Shown: one piece after another, positions 31,137 to 44,767 of the stretch
Layout of the letters: each line of letters starts with the position of its first letter
Position numbering within the stretch: the stretch's first letter is position 1
Assembly: GCA_964016885.1 (NCBI GenBank)
Contig: CAXHJY010001202.1
Location: forward strand, 1 to 64,000
Length of the DNA: 64,000 nucleotides
Direction of reading: 5' to 3'
Origin: Eledone cirrhosa
Taxonomy: Eukaryota
Notes under the pieces: generated by a model
The model's input: the letters and a program-made list of their open reading frames with translations, nothing else
What the model was told of the DNA's origin: nothing
Databases searched by the model: none
Made by a program: the position numbers and the translations under genes

Positions 31137-31195
<59 letters not shown>

Positions 31196-31878
31196 TAGTG
31201 GATGTGTGTGAATGTGTGTATACAGGCGGACGAATAATATTGGAAAGACAAATCTGCTAACTGCCCTTGCAACCTTAATTTACTCTTATGCTACTTACTC
31301 CGTCATTTTCATTTCTCTGGTAGATTTTCTCTGATTTGAATGAATATCTCCACCATTATGTATGCGTGACCTACAGCACCTGAAAGTCTGTATTGTTCAT
31401 AACTAGGGCTTATTGGGTAAACTCTCGGCTTTCTCCGAAATCGTTTATCAAGAGAACATATAACTGCTTTTGTACGTGTATTACATGTAAATAGTTTTAT
31501 AAATAGCTGGATATCATTGACATTGTATATAATAAAGGAAAATCAACATTAATACAAATACCTGACAATGCACGCACACATGGAAACAGATGTATATGCG
31601 AATACAAGCGGGCGAGAGCTCATTTTCTAACAATAGCGGACACTAGCGCTTCACAAAGAGAAATTTGCCACCAGACGAGAAGAAGATAGATGACCTCAAA
31701 CTGACAGTAATGATATATTTCTATAAGACAAACAATTCTGGTTGTGAATTAAGAGGCCACTGTCACAAAAGCTATAAATAACTATAAACTTGATTTATTC
31801 ATAGACATTTCTGAAACAGTGTGAAAATTTATCTAGTAAATGAATGATGATGATGCTGATGATGATGATAATAATAAC

Positions 31879-31923
<45 letters not shown>

Positions 31924-32204
31924 TGAAATACACTAACCAAAAGAACAATACTCAACTGCCTGAAGGCTAATCTATCAATTCACTCGAAATTCGATATCAA
32001 CTGACATAATATATAATGCATTTGTTGAAACGATTTAGAATTTCAAAAGCTTTTGTGTTAGGAACGAATTCCATTCACCAGCCGCTAACTTCACTCCATA
32101 GAATCGTAACGGTGAAGGAAAAAAGAGAAGGCTAATCAACAGCCTATTAAACCTAAATTGAATGTCAAATCCACATTTTTCTAGAAGATCCCATGAAGAC
32201 CCTT

Positions 32205-32254
<50 letters not shown>

Positions 32255-32704
32255 TTTTGTCTATACCTTTCATTTATATATATATATATATATATATATA
32301 CCTACCTTAATTGTGAATGAATTAAAATAGAAGTTAAAAGATAAATTATGTAAGACCCAAACTATTACGTTGTGGAAATTTTAAATAATTTTGTTGCAAC
32401 AAAAGTTTTCGATACCACTTGATATTCAAGACTTTAAAGATTCAACATACTCATATCAGTGTTTGTTGTTGTTATTGCTGTTAATTAAATCCACAAGTTG
32501 CAGCATTCAGGGTGATTCAAAATCGCTATTTCAACTATAAATCCTCTTCGCTTTGATTTAACTCATTCTTCTCTGTAATCTATTTCCATTGCATGCATAC
32601 AGTGTGATCTCCCATATTTGTACGTTTAATGGCTTCAGAATATAACATATTGAAAAGATAATCCTGTTTCTATAATCTGCTACATAAGTCAAAAATTGTA
32701 TTAA

Positions 32705-33064
32705 CTAGGTGACGTACCCAGCTTCGCCCGGGTAAACAGATGATAAGAGAAGACAGGTAAAAGAGAAAATGACTGTATTGGATGTTTGTCTGGTTACAGT
32801 ATGAGGCGAGTCCGTGGTGTCTGTGTGATACAAAAAAACAGTAAAAAAATCTTCCAGATATACCAAATTCTTTGTTGTAACCTTTGTGCATAGTATATGA
32901 ACAATTCTAGGTGCTCCCACCTAGAATAGTGACCTCTAGGAGATGGTTCATCTTCTGCCTGACTTTAAATCGTGTATCATTACATAGACGTGGTTGTTCC
33001 ACGTTTCTCAAAAGGTTGATGGAAGTTCCAATCTTTTATATTAAATGTAGATATAGATATAGAT
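32705..33064 (-). mobile_element. Helitron terminal module: TC-type start (TCTATATCTATATCTAC at ~33063) to 3' hairpin + CTAG
   Basis: Minus strand TACCCGGGCGAAGCTGGGTA hairpin (32715-32734), 6 nt, CTAG (32705-32708), then T. Confidence 0.8.
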
Positions 33065-33469
33065 AATTAATATAAAAGATGTCCGTCAATGTAAAAAAGG
33101 TCCCTATTTACTTGAAATGGTTTATACAAATGCCAAATTAATATGGATATGGATAACATGCTTATCTATAAGTGGTCAGCTATAATTAAAAAAAAACAAC
33201 AAATTATATGACACAAAAATCTATCAGTAATTTCCAGGCTCTTAGCCACTGAGTAATAGACAGTCAATGTTGCCCAGAGTTCAACTCAGGGAGGTCGCCT
33301 GGTTTGAACTCCAAATGGCGGATCCTTCTACTTCGAAAATAGAATCGTTTTTCAATATTACTCTAGCCCTGGCCGGCCATAGGATCCAACCTTTTTGCCA
33401 GACTCAGCATATGATGAGGTTTTATTACCACCGCAATCAGAAGCGATAAATTTGAAGGCAATTTCTAGC

Positions 33470-33788
33470 AATACTTGTTGGTTTTTATTGCTCATTATCG
33501 ACAATAAATGACATTGAACAGAAATGATAACTGTGACAAAGCTCACAATACTGATCAAAGGACACCAATGTTTGAATCATTTACGTCGAATATTCATAGC
33601 AGTGAAGGCAATGTCTACCTATACTTGTTGGTATTTATTGCGCAACATAGCAGTGAAAGCAATTTTTACCAATACTTGTTTGTTTTTATTGCTCATAACG
33701 ACATTAAATGACATTGAAAATAAATGATAACTCTGTCAAAGCTCACAATACTGATCAAAAGACACCAATGTCCGAATCATTTACGCCG
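33470..33788. repeat. ~120-bp imperfect direct repeat (33470-33588 / 33671-33788) downstream of RepHel
   Basis: AATACTTGTT.GTTTTTATTGCTCAT...GCTCACAATACTGATCAAA.GACACCAATG occurs twice. Confidence 0.85.
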
Positions 33789-33834
33789 CTTATTGATAGC
33801 ATTAAACATATGCATACATCAGCTCAAAGCTTCA

Positions 33835-36800
33835 TTATAAACAATATGTGGTATCAATTGCAAATGTTATACCATCAGGATCGCACACTCGAGATGCAGC
33901 AACATACAGCCCATGGTTGAATGCTGGATCATTCAAGTAGACACCGACTCGCTTGAAAGTCTGTCGCTGTGCCCTGTTGATAGTCATGGAGAAGGCCAAA
34001 TTGACGGGAAACTGTCTCCTTTGCCAAATGAATGGCAGCAGACCTTCACTTGGTCTCAGCATGATCCTCGGTATGAGAACCGATTCCTCTCTGTCTGGGA
34101 GTTTAGCTTCTAAAACTCTTCCGTTAATCAATCTCTCAACAATCAATATGGTACCATTGCAAAGACCCATTTTATGATTGATATTTCTAAGCAATATAAT
34201 CGGCATACCCTTTTTCAACCTCAAAATATGTGGGGGAAATCGGGGTATTTGAAGTGAATTCAGATACTCAGTTGGAACATCCATATTGTTCTGCTGATTA
34301 GGCTCCATTGCATCCGCACTGACGGTCTACCATTCCTCTCCAGGAAAGATTTCGGCTACTTGTGAATGTATTACATCGACCGTTGCATTCGTATGAGTTA
34401 GAATAACGCGTTCCGATATCCAGGAGATATTCTGCCAAAAAGGATTCAAATTAGGGAACACCCAGTCAATCAATGCTTGGCGGTCCAGTGGCATGACCAA
34501 ATGGTCTGGGATTCTTACAGTCTGATTATCACCAACGTGTGGCAATTCATCGTTTTCCAACTGCATCAACCATCGGCCGTATGTCTCAGCCTCTTCGTTT
34601 TGCCCGAACATACGAAGTCGCATATTATCGTGTAATCGCAAAACTCTGAAATGACGCCACAACGGTGACTTTTTCAGGCATGCATCGACAATTTGCGCTC
34701 TTTGGGCATTCCTAACAATTGGTAGCACCTGTCTGAAATCGCCACCAAGAACGATAGTCTTACCACCGAATGGCAGGTCACTACCGCAGATATCTCTCAA
34801 AGTTCTGTCCAATGCCTCAAGCAAATATCTGTGTGTCATTGGAGCCTCGTCCCAAATAATCAGAGAGGTATTGCGTATAAGACCCACGAGTTCACTTTGT
34901 CCTGTAATGTTACAGACACTCAACTCATCCGGAGCCAATTGAGCCTTGAAGCATGAGTGGAAGGTCCTTCCACCACTCAGCAAAGTGGCAGCGATCCCAC
35001 TGGTGGCCACAGGGAGAGCAATCTTCCTCTGAGCTCTGACTACCGATAACATAGTGTTGAAACAGAATGTCTTTCCGGGGCCTCCTGGAGCATCTATGAA
35101 AGCACAAAGTTGCTCGTTAGTGGAAATCGAGTGGAGAACGCCATCGACCAATTCTCTCTGAGATTGGGTCAACATTGGCATACGTTCATCCTCAATACAT
35201 TGCTGCTCCAGTGGATCAAACTGGAATAGTTCCCTCCGATCGAGTGGCAACTGTCTAAGCTGCAATCTCATGTTCAATGCTAAGACACGTTGCCGCATTT
35301 CTTCATCAGGAATTGGTAAATTGAAATCTCTTAAACATTTGAAATGAACTTCAAGCAGTTGCTCAATATTGAGCAAAACAATAGCTTTCATCCAATTTTC
35401 GTCATCGACCTGAAGATGATGCCTAAAATCATCAGCCATAATTCCCCAATGACGTTCAAATAACTCTCTGGGATCGGCAGGATTACAGAATCCTAGAATC
35501 GTGACAAACAACTGCGTTATTTGAGCTGGCATCTGTGTTGTTCCTGCAACTTTCATGGCGTTATTCCATTCAGCGTCATCCTGAAGGAGTCCCAGATGCT
35601 GACACACAGCCTGGTATGTTTCATATTCCACGCCATTGATTGTTTTCAAATCAGCGAAGCTTTGTTTACCTCTCGAAAAATCATTATGCAACAGAATTCG
35701 GAGATAAAACACATCACCAGATGCGGGATGGACATTACAAACCTGTCCAATTGTCATGAATCTCAATTTTTGTTTTCTATAATTCCATTTCTTTCCCTTC
35801 TTATCCCACGTATAGTGCGAAGGGAAATCGCAGTAGAGTTGCCTTTTTTCCGAGTTCAAAGCATGTTCCCTATTATGCTTGAATCACTCAGTCAATTCCG
35901 TCTTAGGAGGTGGTGCGTTAGCAATTCTTTCGACACCTCTTCTAGTGTCCTGAAAACAGACCATTTGCCTATTCTCTAAGTGAACCGTCAGTTTCTGAAC
36001 GCTCGGTTTGCGTTCATTGAGATCAAAATCGAACAATCTCCAGCAAGCTTCGCTAGATCCAATCGAACGAACATTCTGGAACCTGCCAACTTCATCTCCT
36101 TGGTTCGCCTCCTCATTCCTGACATTGATCATTGCCCGATCATGACCTTTGTAAACATATTTGAATAGATATTTGCAAGCTTTCACTGAGCTACAAATTA
36201 CCACATTAATATGACAACGATATTTCATAATCAAATATGGATTGTATGGCACAACCCATTGATTTGTAACCTGTCGACCGTTTACATTTTCGACCAAACC
36301 ACCATCTGCAGGCGACCGTCTTCTGTATGAGGGATGAGCATCCCCATCGTTCCAGGAAGTGTTCGTGACAAAAGATTTCGGAAAGTGCTTACTGCATTGG
36401 CCATTTTTCATGCAAGGCGCTTTCCGATTTGCCACTCCGCATTGGTTGTGCACCGTTGACTTTGCCATCAAGTTGCGTAGTGCCTCATTCTCCGGCAGTT
36501 CAGTACACACAACGCTGTCGATATCTTCAGCACATCTCAATTTGCAATCTCTATGAAAAATGATCAGCAAATGTGCATGTGGTAATCCTCTTTTTTGGAA
36601 TTCAATTACGTATGTAAAAGCAACTATACCTCCAAAGATTCTCTTTTTTTCCACATCATCCATTATCTTTTTCAGATATCCTTTGAATACTCTTGCCACA
36701 ATATCAGGACGGTCCTTTGGTTGTTGTCCTGGCAAAAGTACATCCTTCATATCAGTCAATTCAGGATTGCATGTAACTGTTATAAACAAATCTGGCTTTC

Positions 36801-38573
36801 CAAACTTTCTGACAATAGCCATTGCATCCTGATAGCGAATGTTCATATATCTCGGGCCGCCGATGAACGACGATGGCAAAATGATGCGTCGACCAATTTG
36901 CTTGTAATTGGCATCATTATTATACACTAGGGCGGTGAATTGGCAGTATCTGTAGAGGGTCGGACACCATGCTTTGATGCATAGAGTTACGGCCCTTGCC
37001 ATTCTGAGTTAAAATCCCGCCGAGGTTGACTTTGCCTTTCATCCTTACGGGGTCGATAAAATAAAGTACCAGTAATACACTGGGTAATTGCTGCCCTTGT
37101 GCCTAAAGTAGAAACAATTATTATACACTTCAGCTCTGATATGTTGCTGATGTGTAGCTATATAATTTAGCCTTTGATTTTCGATCTTTGCGAATGCCAT
37201 ACAACAGTATTCCTGGAACAATCTGCTGGCTTGAAATAGTGCATTTCTCTGTTGATTCCTCTCGTTCAAATGGAACGCGTAAAAGTCGCGAATCGAATTA
37301 TTGTGTCTATTACCGCCTCCCTGTTGATGCTGATTCTCATGATCATCTAAATGGACAGACATGTTCCATCCATTTTCACCTTTTGGAAATAAAAGAACAT
37401 AATGCAATGGATGGTATGCTCTATTTGACTCATTGATAGTCTTGAGACCACCATCTCTGCGATTGAGGACGATATCTCTCGATCCAAGCTTATCGTCCAT
37501 CAACACGGCAACTTCACGAAATCCTTCAGGGGCATTATATCGCCGTTCATGTTGATTCCTTGGCACTGCGTCAGCCTTAATCACCAATGTTTGCTGCTGA
37601 ACATTTTGCAGTTCATCCACCAACATGAAATCCATAACATAACGATTACACTGTCTAAGCCATGATTGCAAATCACCGATCAAATCACTTAACCTTTGCC
37701 GTTCAAGTTCAGTTATATTTCCCGGCAACTTCATCCAACCGATCCTGATATCCTCCTCCGATTCACTATAATCTGGATCGTTAACGTAAATTTGAGCGAA
37801 TCGAGGCCTCTCTCCTGGGGTAACTTCTAAATTACAATGATACAAACGGCTTTGAATGACTACATTCGGTTGCCATGCTCCACTCTCAACATCTCACTAA
37901 CTCTCTGCGATGTTAAAGCTAATGAATTGTTAATTTACCGCGAATATTTGCGCAGTAATCTACCTCAGTCTCCTTGATCACCCCTCATACTTAGTATTTT
38001 AAACTCCGGTGAATCCTCATCATCCGGCATTCGAAAGGGTTCTAGTTGAACTGCTCCTTTATGACAGCACATCGTGGTCCACGTCTTTTCGTGCCTCCAA
38101 AGCAATGCTCCACAATGTGGACACTCTGCTCGTCCACCAATCTGAAAATGACACGGTTGGCATGATCCATTTTTAATATCATCCGTTCGCCTTCTAGCCT
38201 CTTTACTGGAATAAGGAGCACTTTGGCGACACATTCTCTGGGCTTCTGTATTGCGCTGGCGCTGTTCAGCCAGCTCCTCTTCATCCATCGCAGCACGCCG
38301 TTGCTGCTGAATTCCGGCCATCTGCTGATGATGCTCAGCCAGTTCATCTTCAACCATCGCAGCACGCCGTCTCTGCTTGGCTCCAGTGTTTCGTTGGCGT
38401 TGTTCAGCCAGCTTCTCTTCATTCATGGCGGCACGTCTTCGCCTCTGAAATTCGGCGTTCCGATGGCGCTGTTCGGCCCGTTTTTCTTCATTCCTGGCTG
38501 CACGCCGTCGCCGCTGTAGTTCACTGTTTGATAAAGTGGAATTGCTTTTATTATCAGTATTCACTTCGAGCAA
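33835..38573 (-). pseudogene. Helitron RepHel transposase (Zn-binding N-terminus + HUH Rep + PIF1-type SF1 helicase), disrupted by stops/frameshifts and a SINE
   Basis: CPHCGALLW...CCHKG; PRFAQIYV; PLHYVLLFPKGENGW; Rep motifs PDLFITVTCNP, VIEFQKRGLPHAH, YLFKYVYKG; helicase motifs APGGPGKTF, IWDEAPM, GDFRQVLP, LCNGT, QFPVNLAFSMTINRAQ, LYVAASRV. Confidence 0.96.
36929..37116 (+). mobile_element. Main-family SINE inserted in RepHel with a 13-bp TSD
   Basis: TSD ATTATTATACACT at 36916-36928 and 37117-37129. Removal joins ...IRAEVYNN to DANYKQIGRRIILPSSF in frame. Confidence 0.95.
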
Positions 38574-40397
38574 TTGTCAAAAAATGACACAATAATAAAC
38601 ATAAAAGATGTCCGTCAATGTTAAAAAAGGTCCCTATTTACTCCCTTCACAACTCTGTCTATGTTAGACTGACAGACAGGCACACAGACAAACTGCGTGG
38701 CGATTGTGGAACGCCGCATGTACACACACATACACGCATGGACACGCGCACACGCACGCAAACTTACACAGGCACCCGTGCACTTACACACACGCACACA
38801 CTCAGACATGTTGATAGTTTTTACTCTCTGTGGAACGCTGCACGCACGCACACACACATAAACATACGCGCACGTACATATGCACGCACACATGTTAATA
38901 GTTATTGCTTTCCTTCCCCTCTTATTTCCACACACATCACACACACACGTGTCTCTACAAGACATTCTATTCGATATTCTAATGACTGCCAATTTGCGTA
39001 TAGAGGTATAGCAAGCGAAATTACTAACTTGATGTCTTTGCCATATGAAATTATAAACAATGTTTGTTAGGGACTAAACGTTGACATTTGTTGAGCTTTT
39101 CAATACCTTACTCTCACAGCAGATTACCTTCCACAGCCTCATCAAAGGTGAGAGTGTATCAAATTGTATTTAAAAACTACAGCAGCAACAATGTATGCAA
39201 ACTATATAGAAATAAAATTGCAATGATACTATACACACGTGATAAGACTGAAATTTGAGTAGTGGCTTTAAACATCTGTTGCAAAGTTGTTGAAGAAATG
39301 ATTATGTGGTAAGATATTTTTGCATAGTGGACTATTTTCTATTTGTTTTAATTGATTTATTTATTTGCTATATATACTTATTTCATTGACGCAGTTCAAG
39401 CTGGTGTTAAACTTACTACTTTCCCTTTTCTTTAAATCATAACAGTTGGATTTAAAAGAGAGAGACTATAACGCCAAAACAGCATTTGTGTTTTTGTAAA
39501 ATGTTACTAGGACAACTGAGTGTTGGAGGTGTGAGGTGCAATGAATATACTTACCCATACTGATTCATAACGATGCAAAATCATCGCAAGGGACACGCAT
39601 CCAGGCAGTGCAAACCAAATGTGAGCTCCGCAAAGTCTGCTCAGCTGGCATTCCAAAGGAAATTACAAAACACGTGTCTTATGTAAGGTCGCTACATCCA
39701 GACCAGGATTGATAGAGTTCACTAACCGTCTACAGACACACACATCCCAACATACCATGTAGTTAATGTTATGGTCTTCATCGACTACCAATTGACAAAC
39801 AAAACTGGTGATGCAGACGTAGAAACCCAAATGTAATGTTGGCTGAAATTCCAAGACCAGTTATATTATAAAATGTTATAACAATCTCATTTGTCATGTT
39901 TAAAGAGACAGAGAAATACAGTGAGAGAGAGTGTGTGTGTGGGGGGGGGGGGGGGGGGGTCGAAAGATATATAAATAGTTTAAAGCGTAATTCAACAATA
40001 CGGTGACGTCATAATAACAAATTGACATATTTCAATATTTCATTAGAAAACTTTTTCTCTAAACATTATTTGGACAATTTATGAAGGTAGGTACAGAACT
40101 AACAAATATTTTTACCGGCTGCATAGCAACGAGTTTTTACTAATAATGTTGATTTATAACGTAAGAACAATAGATCACATCTTACGGAGAGGGATGTCTT
40201 CTATCATATCAAGCCTCCAGTACTACACTTTTATCGAGTTCGGAAGAAGGAAATCAAAGTTGGCATCAGCATGATTCGTAATCAAAACATAAAAGGGATA
40301 ATTATATACTTCGACATTTTGTCTGTTGTTCTGCCGCATCTGCCAATCTCCCGCCCTCACATTTCTATTAATGTTAAATTAAAAAAAAATAAAAAGG

Positions 40398-40549
<152 letters not shown>

Positions 40550-40608
40550 TGTCCTTGCGTGCATCATGAGATCATGATTGTGTTTTACGGGCGGAGGTCG
40601 TTATTTAG

Positions 40609-41350
40609 GGTCTCCTGTCGGTTGATTTTGCCTGTAAAATCTCTCCAGCGATTATCTCCTGAGACATTCTAAACACATGCCCATAGTATCTCTCAGTTCG
40701 GAGACATAGCTACTTTACCTGGAGTGACTCTCTGGTCTTCGAGCTTCGCACTCTATCGAGTAACGTTACTCCAAAACCCTTCGGAGGAACCCAATTTCGG
40801 CCGCTTGTATTCGCAATCGTATTCTTTCGGTCATTACCCAAGATTCATGACAATAGGTAAGGGTTGGCATGAATACAGAATTGAAGATAGCGAGTTTGGC
40901 GTTTACACCTACTTCCCTTCTTTTCATTACTAAATGCAGTGCTACACCACCTCCTGCAATTCTTCCATTTAATTCAGCCTCCTGCCTTCCATCACTCGTT
41001 AACACCACCAAGAGATAACTGAACATCTCTACATGCTTCCGTGCAACTCCATTTATATGTAGAGTGCACTGCGCAGGCTTCATTGATAGGACGAGCGTCT
41101 CAGTTTTCGCAGCACTGATTTTCATTCCAGCCATGCAGCACTCGGCATCAAACCTATCGAGTGCTCATTAGACCCCGAGCAAGATAGCATCCATGAGCTA
41201 GCTGGTCTCGCTTGGGATCCAGTCGGATCAGTTGGAGGCGGTTGCTTCTGATAGGGCCCGCTGGAAGGAGTATTTGAGGACTCTTCCCCCACCACACTCT
41301 CAGGAATGAATGGAAGAAGAAAAAGAAAAAGAAAAAGTAGAAGAAGAAGA
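40609..41350 (+). mobile_element. 5'-inverted RTE-clade LINE copy: RT segment on minus (40609-41168), 3' end and (AAG)n tail on plus
   Basis: Minus ALDRFDAEC..AGMKISAAKTE...FMPTLTYCHESW...YYGHVFRM...TDRRP; plus RPRAR...DRARWKEYLRTLPP then the GAA tail. TSD-like AGGTCGTTATTTAG (40595-40608) / AGGTTTTTATTTAG (41351-41364). Confidence 0.9.
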
Positions 41351-42600
41351 AGGTTTTTATTTAGTGCCAGATCAGTCCTAAACAAGCAGACTCATGATCA
41401 AAGACTTTGCAGTCGTGGTCATTTCACCATTTGGTGGCTACAGGCGATGGGACAAAAAACCTTATTCAAAGTACCCTTTCGTTTTCAAAGGCGTACTTTT
41501 GGGGGAAATATGGCTGTTAGTACTAGCAAGTCGAACAATTTTGTAGAGGCTCTTTTTGCCATGAGTGGTATTAAGTCGGTCTGATTGCTGACAATAAGGC
41601 GGAAGAAATGGAACACAATAAATAATAGACCTGTCCCCAAACACCAAAATATGTCTTCTCAATAAATAAGTCTCACCCAGGAATACAATAAATAATAGAC
41701 TCACACAGAGTTTTTTAAACTTTCTACTAGTTTAACAGTAAATATCAGGCCCCGAATTTTATCCACAATTTAGTAAATTCTAAACGATTTAAACTATGGT
41801 ATTTAGTTGCCTGTCATGATATACACAAGTAGTTTGTTTACATATTCAAAAAGACAACTAAACTATTTAACCTCAGATTTTACATAAATACGTAATGTAA
41901 CGGTTTTTCTTTAACAACGTACACCAATTCTCTCGGCGTCCTTCATCTTACTTTTCTTTCCTTTCTTTTCCACATATAAACATATCATGTTATGATTTTT
42001 TCCTCTTTCTCTCTTTCTCTCACTTGCTTTCTTCCTAACTCATTCTCTCTCCCTATCTCTGTATATATATATATATCAGTTCAGATCTAGTTGTGGAAAC
42101 GGCCGGAGCTCAGCCGTCGGGGTCCTGACTCTTTTCCTATATATATATACATATATATATGTGTATATATATATGTGTGTGTATATGTATATAAGTATAT
42201 ATATAAATATATATATATATGTATTGTATATGTATTGTATGTGTATATATATGTATTGTATATGACTGTAGTTTGACATTAGTACCGACCTTTCTTCCTC
42301 TTTCTTTCTGTCTTTCTTCTTGTAACTCGACATTAACCCTGACTTTTCTTCTTCTTCCTTTACTTCCTTCTCTTTCCCCTTCTTTCTGTCTTTTTTCTTG
42401 TGGCATGATATTAACGCTGACTTATCTTCCTCCCCCTTTCTGTTTTCCTCTATTTGACCGGTAGTAGCACACTATAAGCTTTAGCCCCCTCAATTGAGGG
42501 CGACCGGCAAAGGTGGAAGATGTTAGATGGCGGTCGTCCTCCGGTCTTTGATTTTAAGCCCCATGGATTTTACCTATTACATTCATTTATTGTGTTTCGA

Positions 42601-42658
42601 ATACCTGATGATATCACCGGATTCATACGGAACCCGGTCATTGAAATTATCATAGTAT
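42601..42658 (+). ncRNA. Type-I hammerhead, long stem II variant
   Basis: ATAC-CTGATGA-tATcACCGG.TTC...GAA.CCGGTcATt-GAAA-TTATCA-TA-GTAT, then AATAAA. The first stem II pair is U-U. Confidence 0.78.
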
Positions 42659-42850
42659 AATAAACCTTTCAAGGATTTACACAAGTCCAGCATCCTGTTA
42701 TTTCATTATATATATTTAACTCCGTAATAGCACCACCAACTACAAAAACTAAGACGGTTGGACTGCTTTACGTTGAGTACTCTCCATATTATTACATTAA
42801 GATTGACCATACGGAATTGACCAGCTCTATCCAGTGGTGAACCTCAAACC

Positions 42851-42903
<53 letters not shown>

Positions 42904-42930
42904 AAATATATACGTATATGTATGTATGTG

Positions 42931-42979
<49 letters not shown>

Positions 42980-43004
42980 AAATATATACGTATATGCATG
43001 TATG

Positions 43005-43093
<89 letters not shown>

Positions 43094-43194
43094 ATATACG
43101 TATATGCATGTATGTATATATATATATATGTGTGTGTGTGTGTATCATCATCATCCTTTTACGTCCGCTTTCCCTGCTTGCAGGGGTTGGACGG

Positions 43195-43692
43195 GTCCTA
43201 TTCAGCACAGCAGGATAAAAATAAAAACTTGACAAAGGGCGAAAGAACTCATATGAGGCAACGCCCATCCAAAAATGTGTAAATATGTATATACATATGG
43301 ATATATGTGTGTATGTATATATGTATATACATGTATACATATGTATATCTATGTGCAGCAGGGACATAGAAATAATCAGGCTGGATACCCGATCGCGCGG
43401 TTAAACCACTGGGAGTGAAGGACTCCAAGCCTTTGTCAGGGCATTTTTCTAGGAGAAGGCAATTCAGGAAAGTGGGATAACTCCGAAATAAAACCTGCGG
43501 CTCAGTAGTTAACGATGATGTTGATGTTTTCTTCTTTCGGGTTATAGCCACTGTCGCTCAGAGAGAGGGATTGGCTCAGTGCACAGTCTTTCCTCACTTC
43601 ATCTTCACGCACAGGCATTGCACGATAACATTAATTAATGATTATTAATAATGTTATATCGTGCAATCGCCATACTCGAAAACGAGGGGGAA

Positions 43693-43700
<8 letters not shown>
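43195..43700 (+). mobile_element. Non-autonomous RTE-derived retroposon, family B (second copy 60260-60803 -)
   Basis: RTE-5'UTR-like CTAGGAGAAGGCAA.TC..., internal TTGCACGAT...ATCGTGCAA hairpin, tail CTCGAAAACGAG...GCCATCAT + microsatellite. Confidence 0.75.
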
Positions 43701-43736
<36 letters not shown>

Positions 43737-43826
43737 CAAGAACAGATTAAAGTTTTAGCAAATAATCGCTGCTTTCACCCTTAACGGGACCTTCTGAAAC
43801 TTATATATATATATATATATATATAT

Positions 43827-43911
43827 ATTTGCTCTAGGGTTCTTATATATTTGATATATATTTATCCTTATCGAGCCCTCTTTGGATTTTAGTCTTCACA
43901 TTTATTATTAT

Positions 43912-43960
<49 letters not shown>

Positions 43961-44012
43961 CGTTATCGAGCCGTCTTCGAATTTTAGTCTTCACAGTTAT
44001 TATTACTATATA
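43827..44012 (-). mobile_element. Mini-Helitron remnants (family of 16116-16196), locally duplicated, terminal hairpin lost
   Basis: Reverse complement of GCTCGATAAGGATAAATATATATCAAATATATAAGAACCCTAGAGCAAAT; TTATCGAGCC...TTTTAGTCTTCACA occurs twice. Confidence 0.65.
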
Positions 44013-44109
44013 TATGATGGGCTATCCCATCGATTTGGACGTGTGGGGATACGAACAACCTATCCAGTTTGTATGATAGTATGGGACATAACATTAGAGA
44101 CATGCCAAG

Positions 44110-44320
44110 GATTTGCAAGCAAGTCCACTATTGGTTGCTGAAAGATTACTCTTCAGCATGTCTTTGTACCTGAGCCATGGCCGTGCAATATTTCTATATC
44201 CACATCGAGCGGGCTGTACAAGAGGTCTTATGGTATTCTGTTGTCACTCAATCTAATGACATTACCAACCCAACGTAGTTGTGATTTCACGAGAATGGAT
44301 TCAAAGTGTCCAATCTAGCA
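44110..44320 (-). pseudogene. RTE-clade RT C-terminal fragment
   Basis: Minus SILVKSQLRWVGNVIRLSDNRIP...RPWLRYKDMLK. Confidence 0.8.
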
Positions 44321-44767
44321 TTTTATGAAGAGGTCACTGTTAAATAAGATGGAGAAATTTAAGACATTATCTTATGAGTTTCAACTTTATATGTAAGACA
44401 TATGAAGTCTCTTAACTTTCTTTATATTATCTATCCATTATTATGTAAGTGTTCTCAGCATCTACATTCATACAACACGCAGGATGTAGCACTCAAAGTT
44501 TAATTCTTGTTTCAGTATGGATTATAGCTCTGATTAATTCATTCGTTCTATATACTGATTATAGAATCAAATCAAGCTTTAGATTTAGTTGCCATTACAT
44601 TATTAATCTGTTACCTTTGTCACATATATCCCTTTGTTACATATATGTATACATACATGCATGCATACATACATACATACAAACATACATACATACATAC
44701 ATACATACATACATACATACATACATACATACATACATACATACATACATACATACATACATACATA

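Noticed and set aside
35884-37002. ORF start MARAVTLCIKAWCP as the true Rep N-terminus
   Set aside because: Those residues are antisense SINE sequence; the real frame continues from 37117 upward.
40115-40145. Possible plus-strand Helitron 3' end
   Set aside because: Hairpin too degenerate to support.
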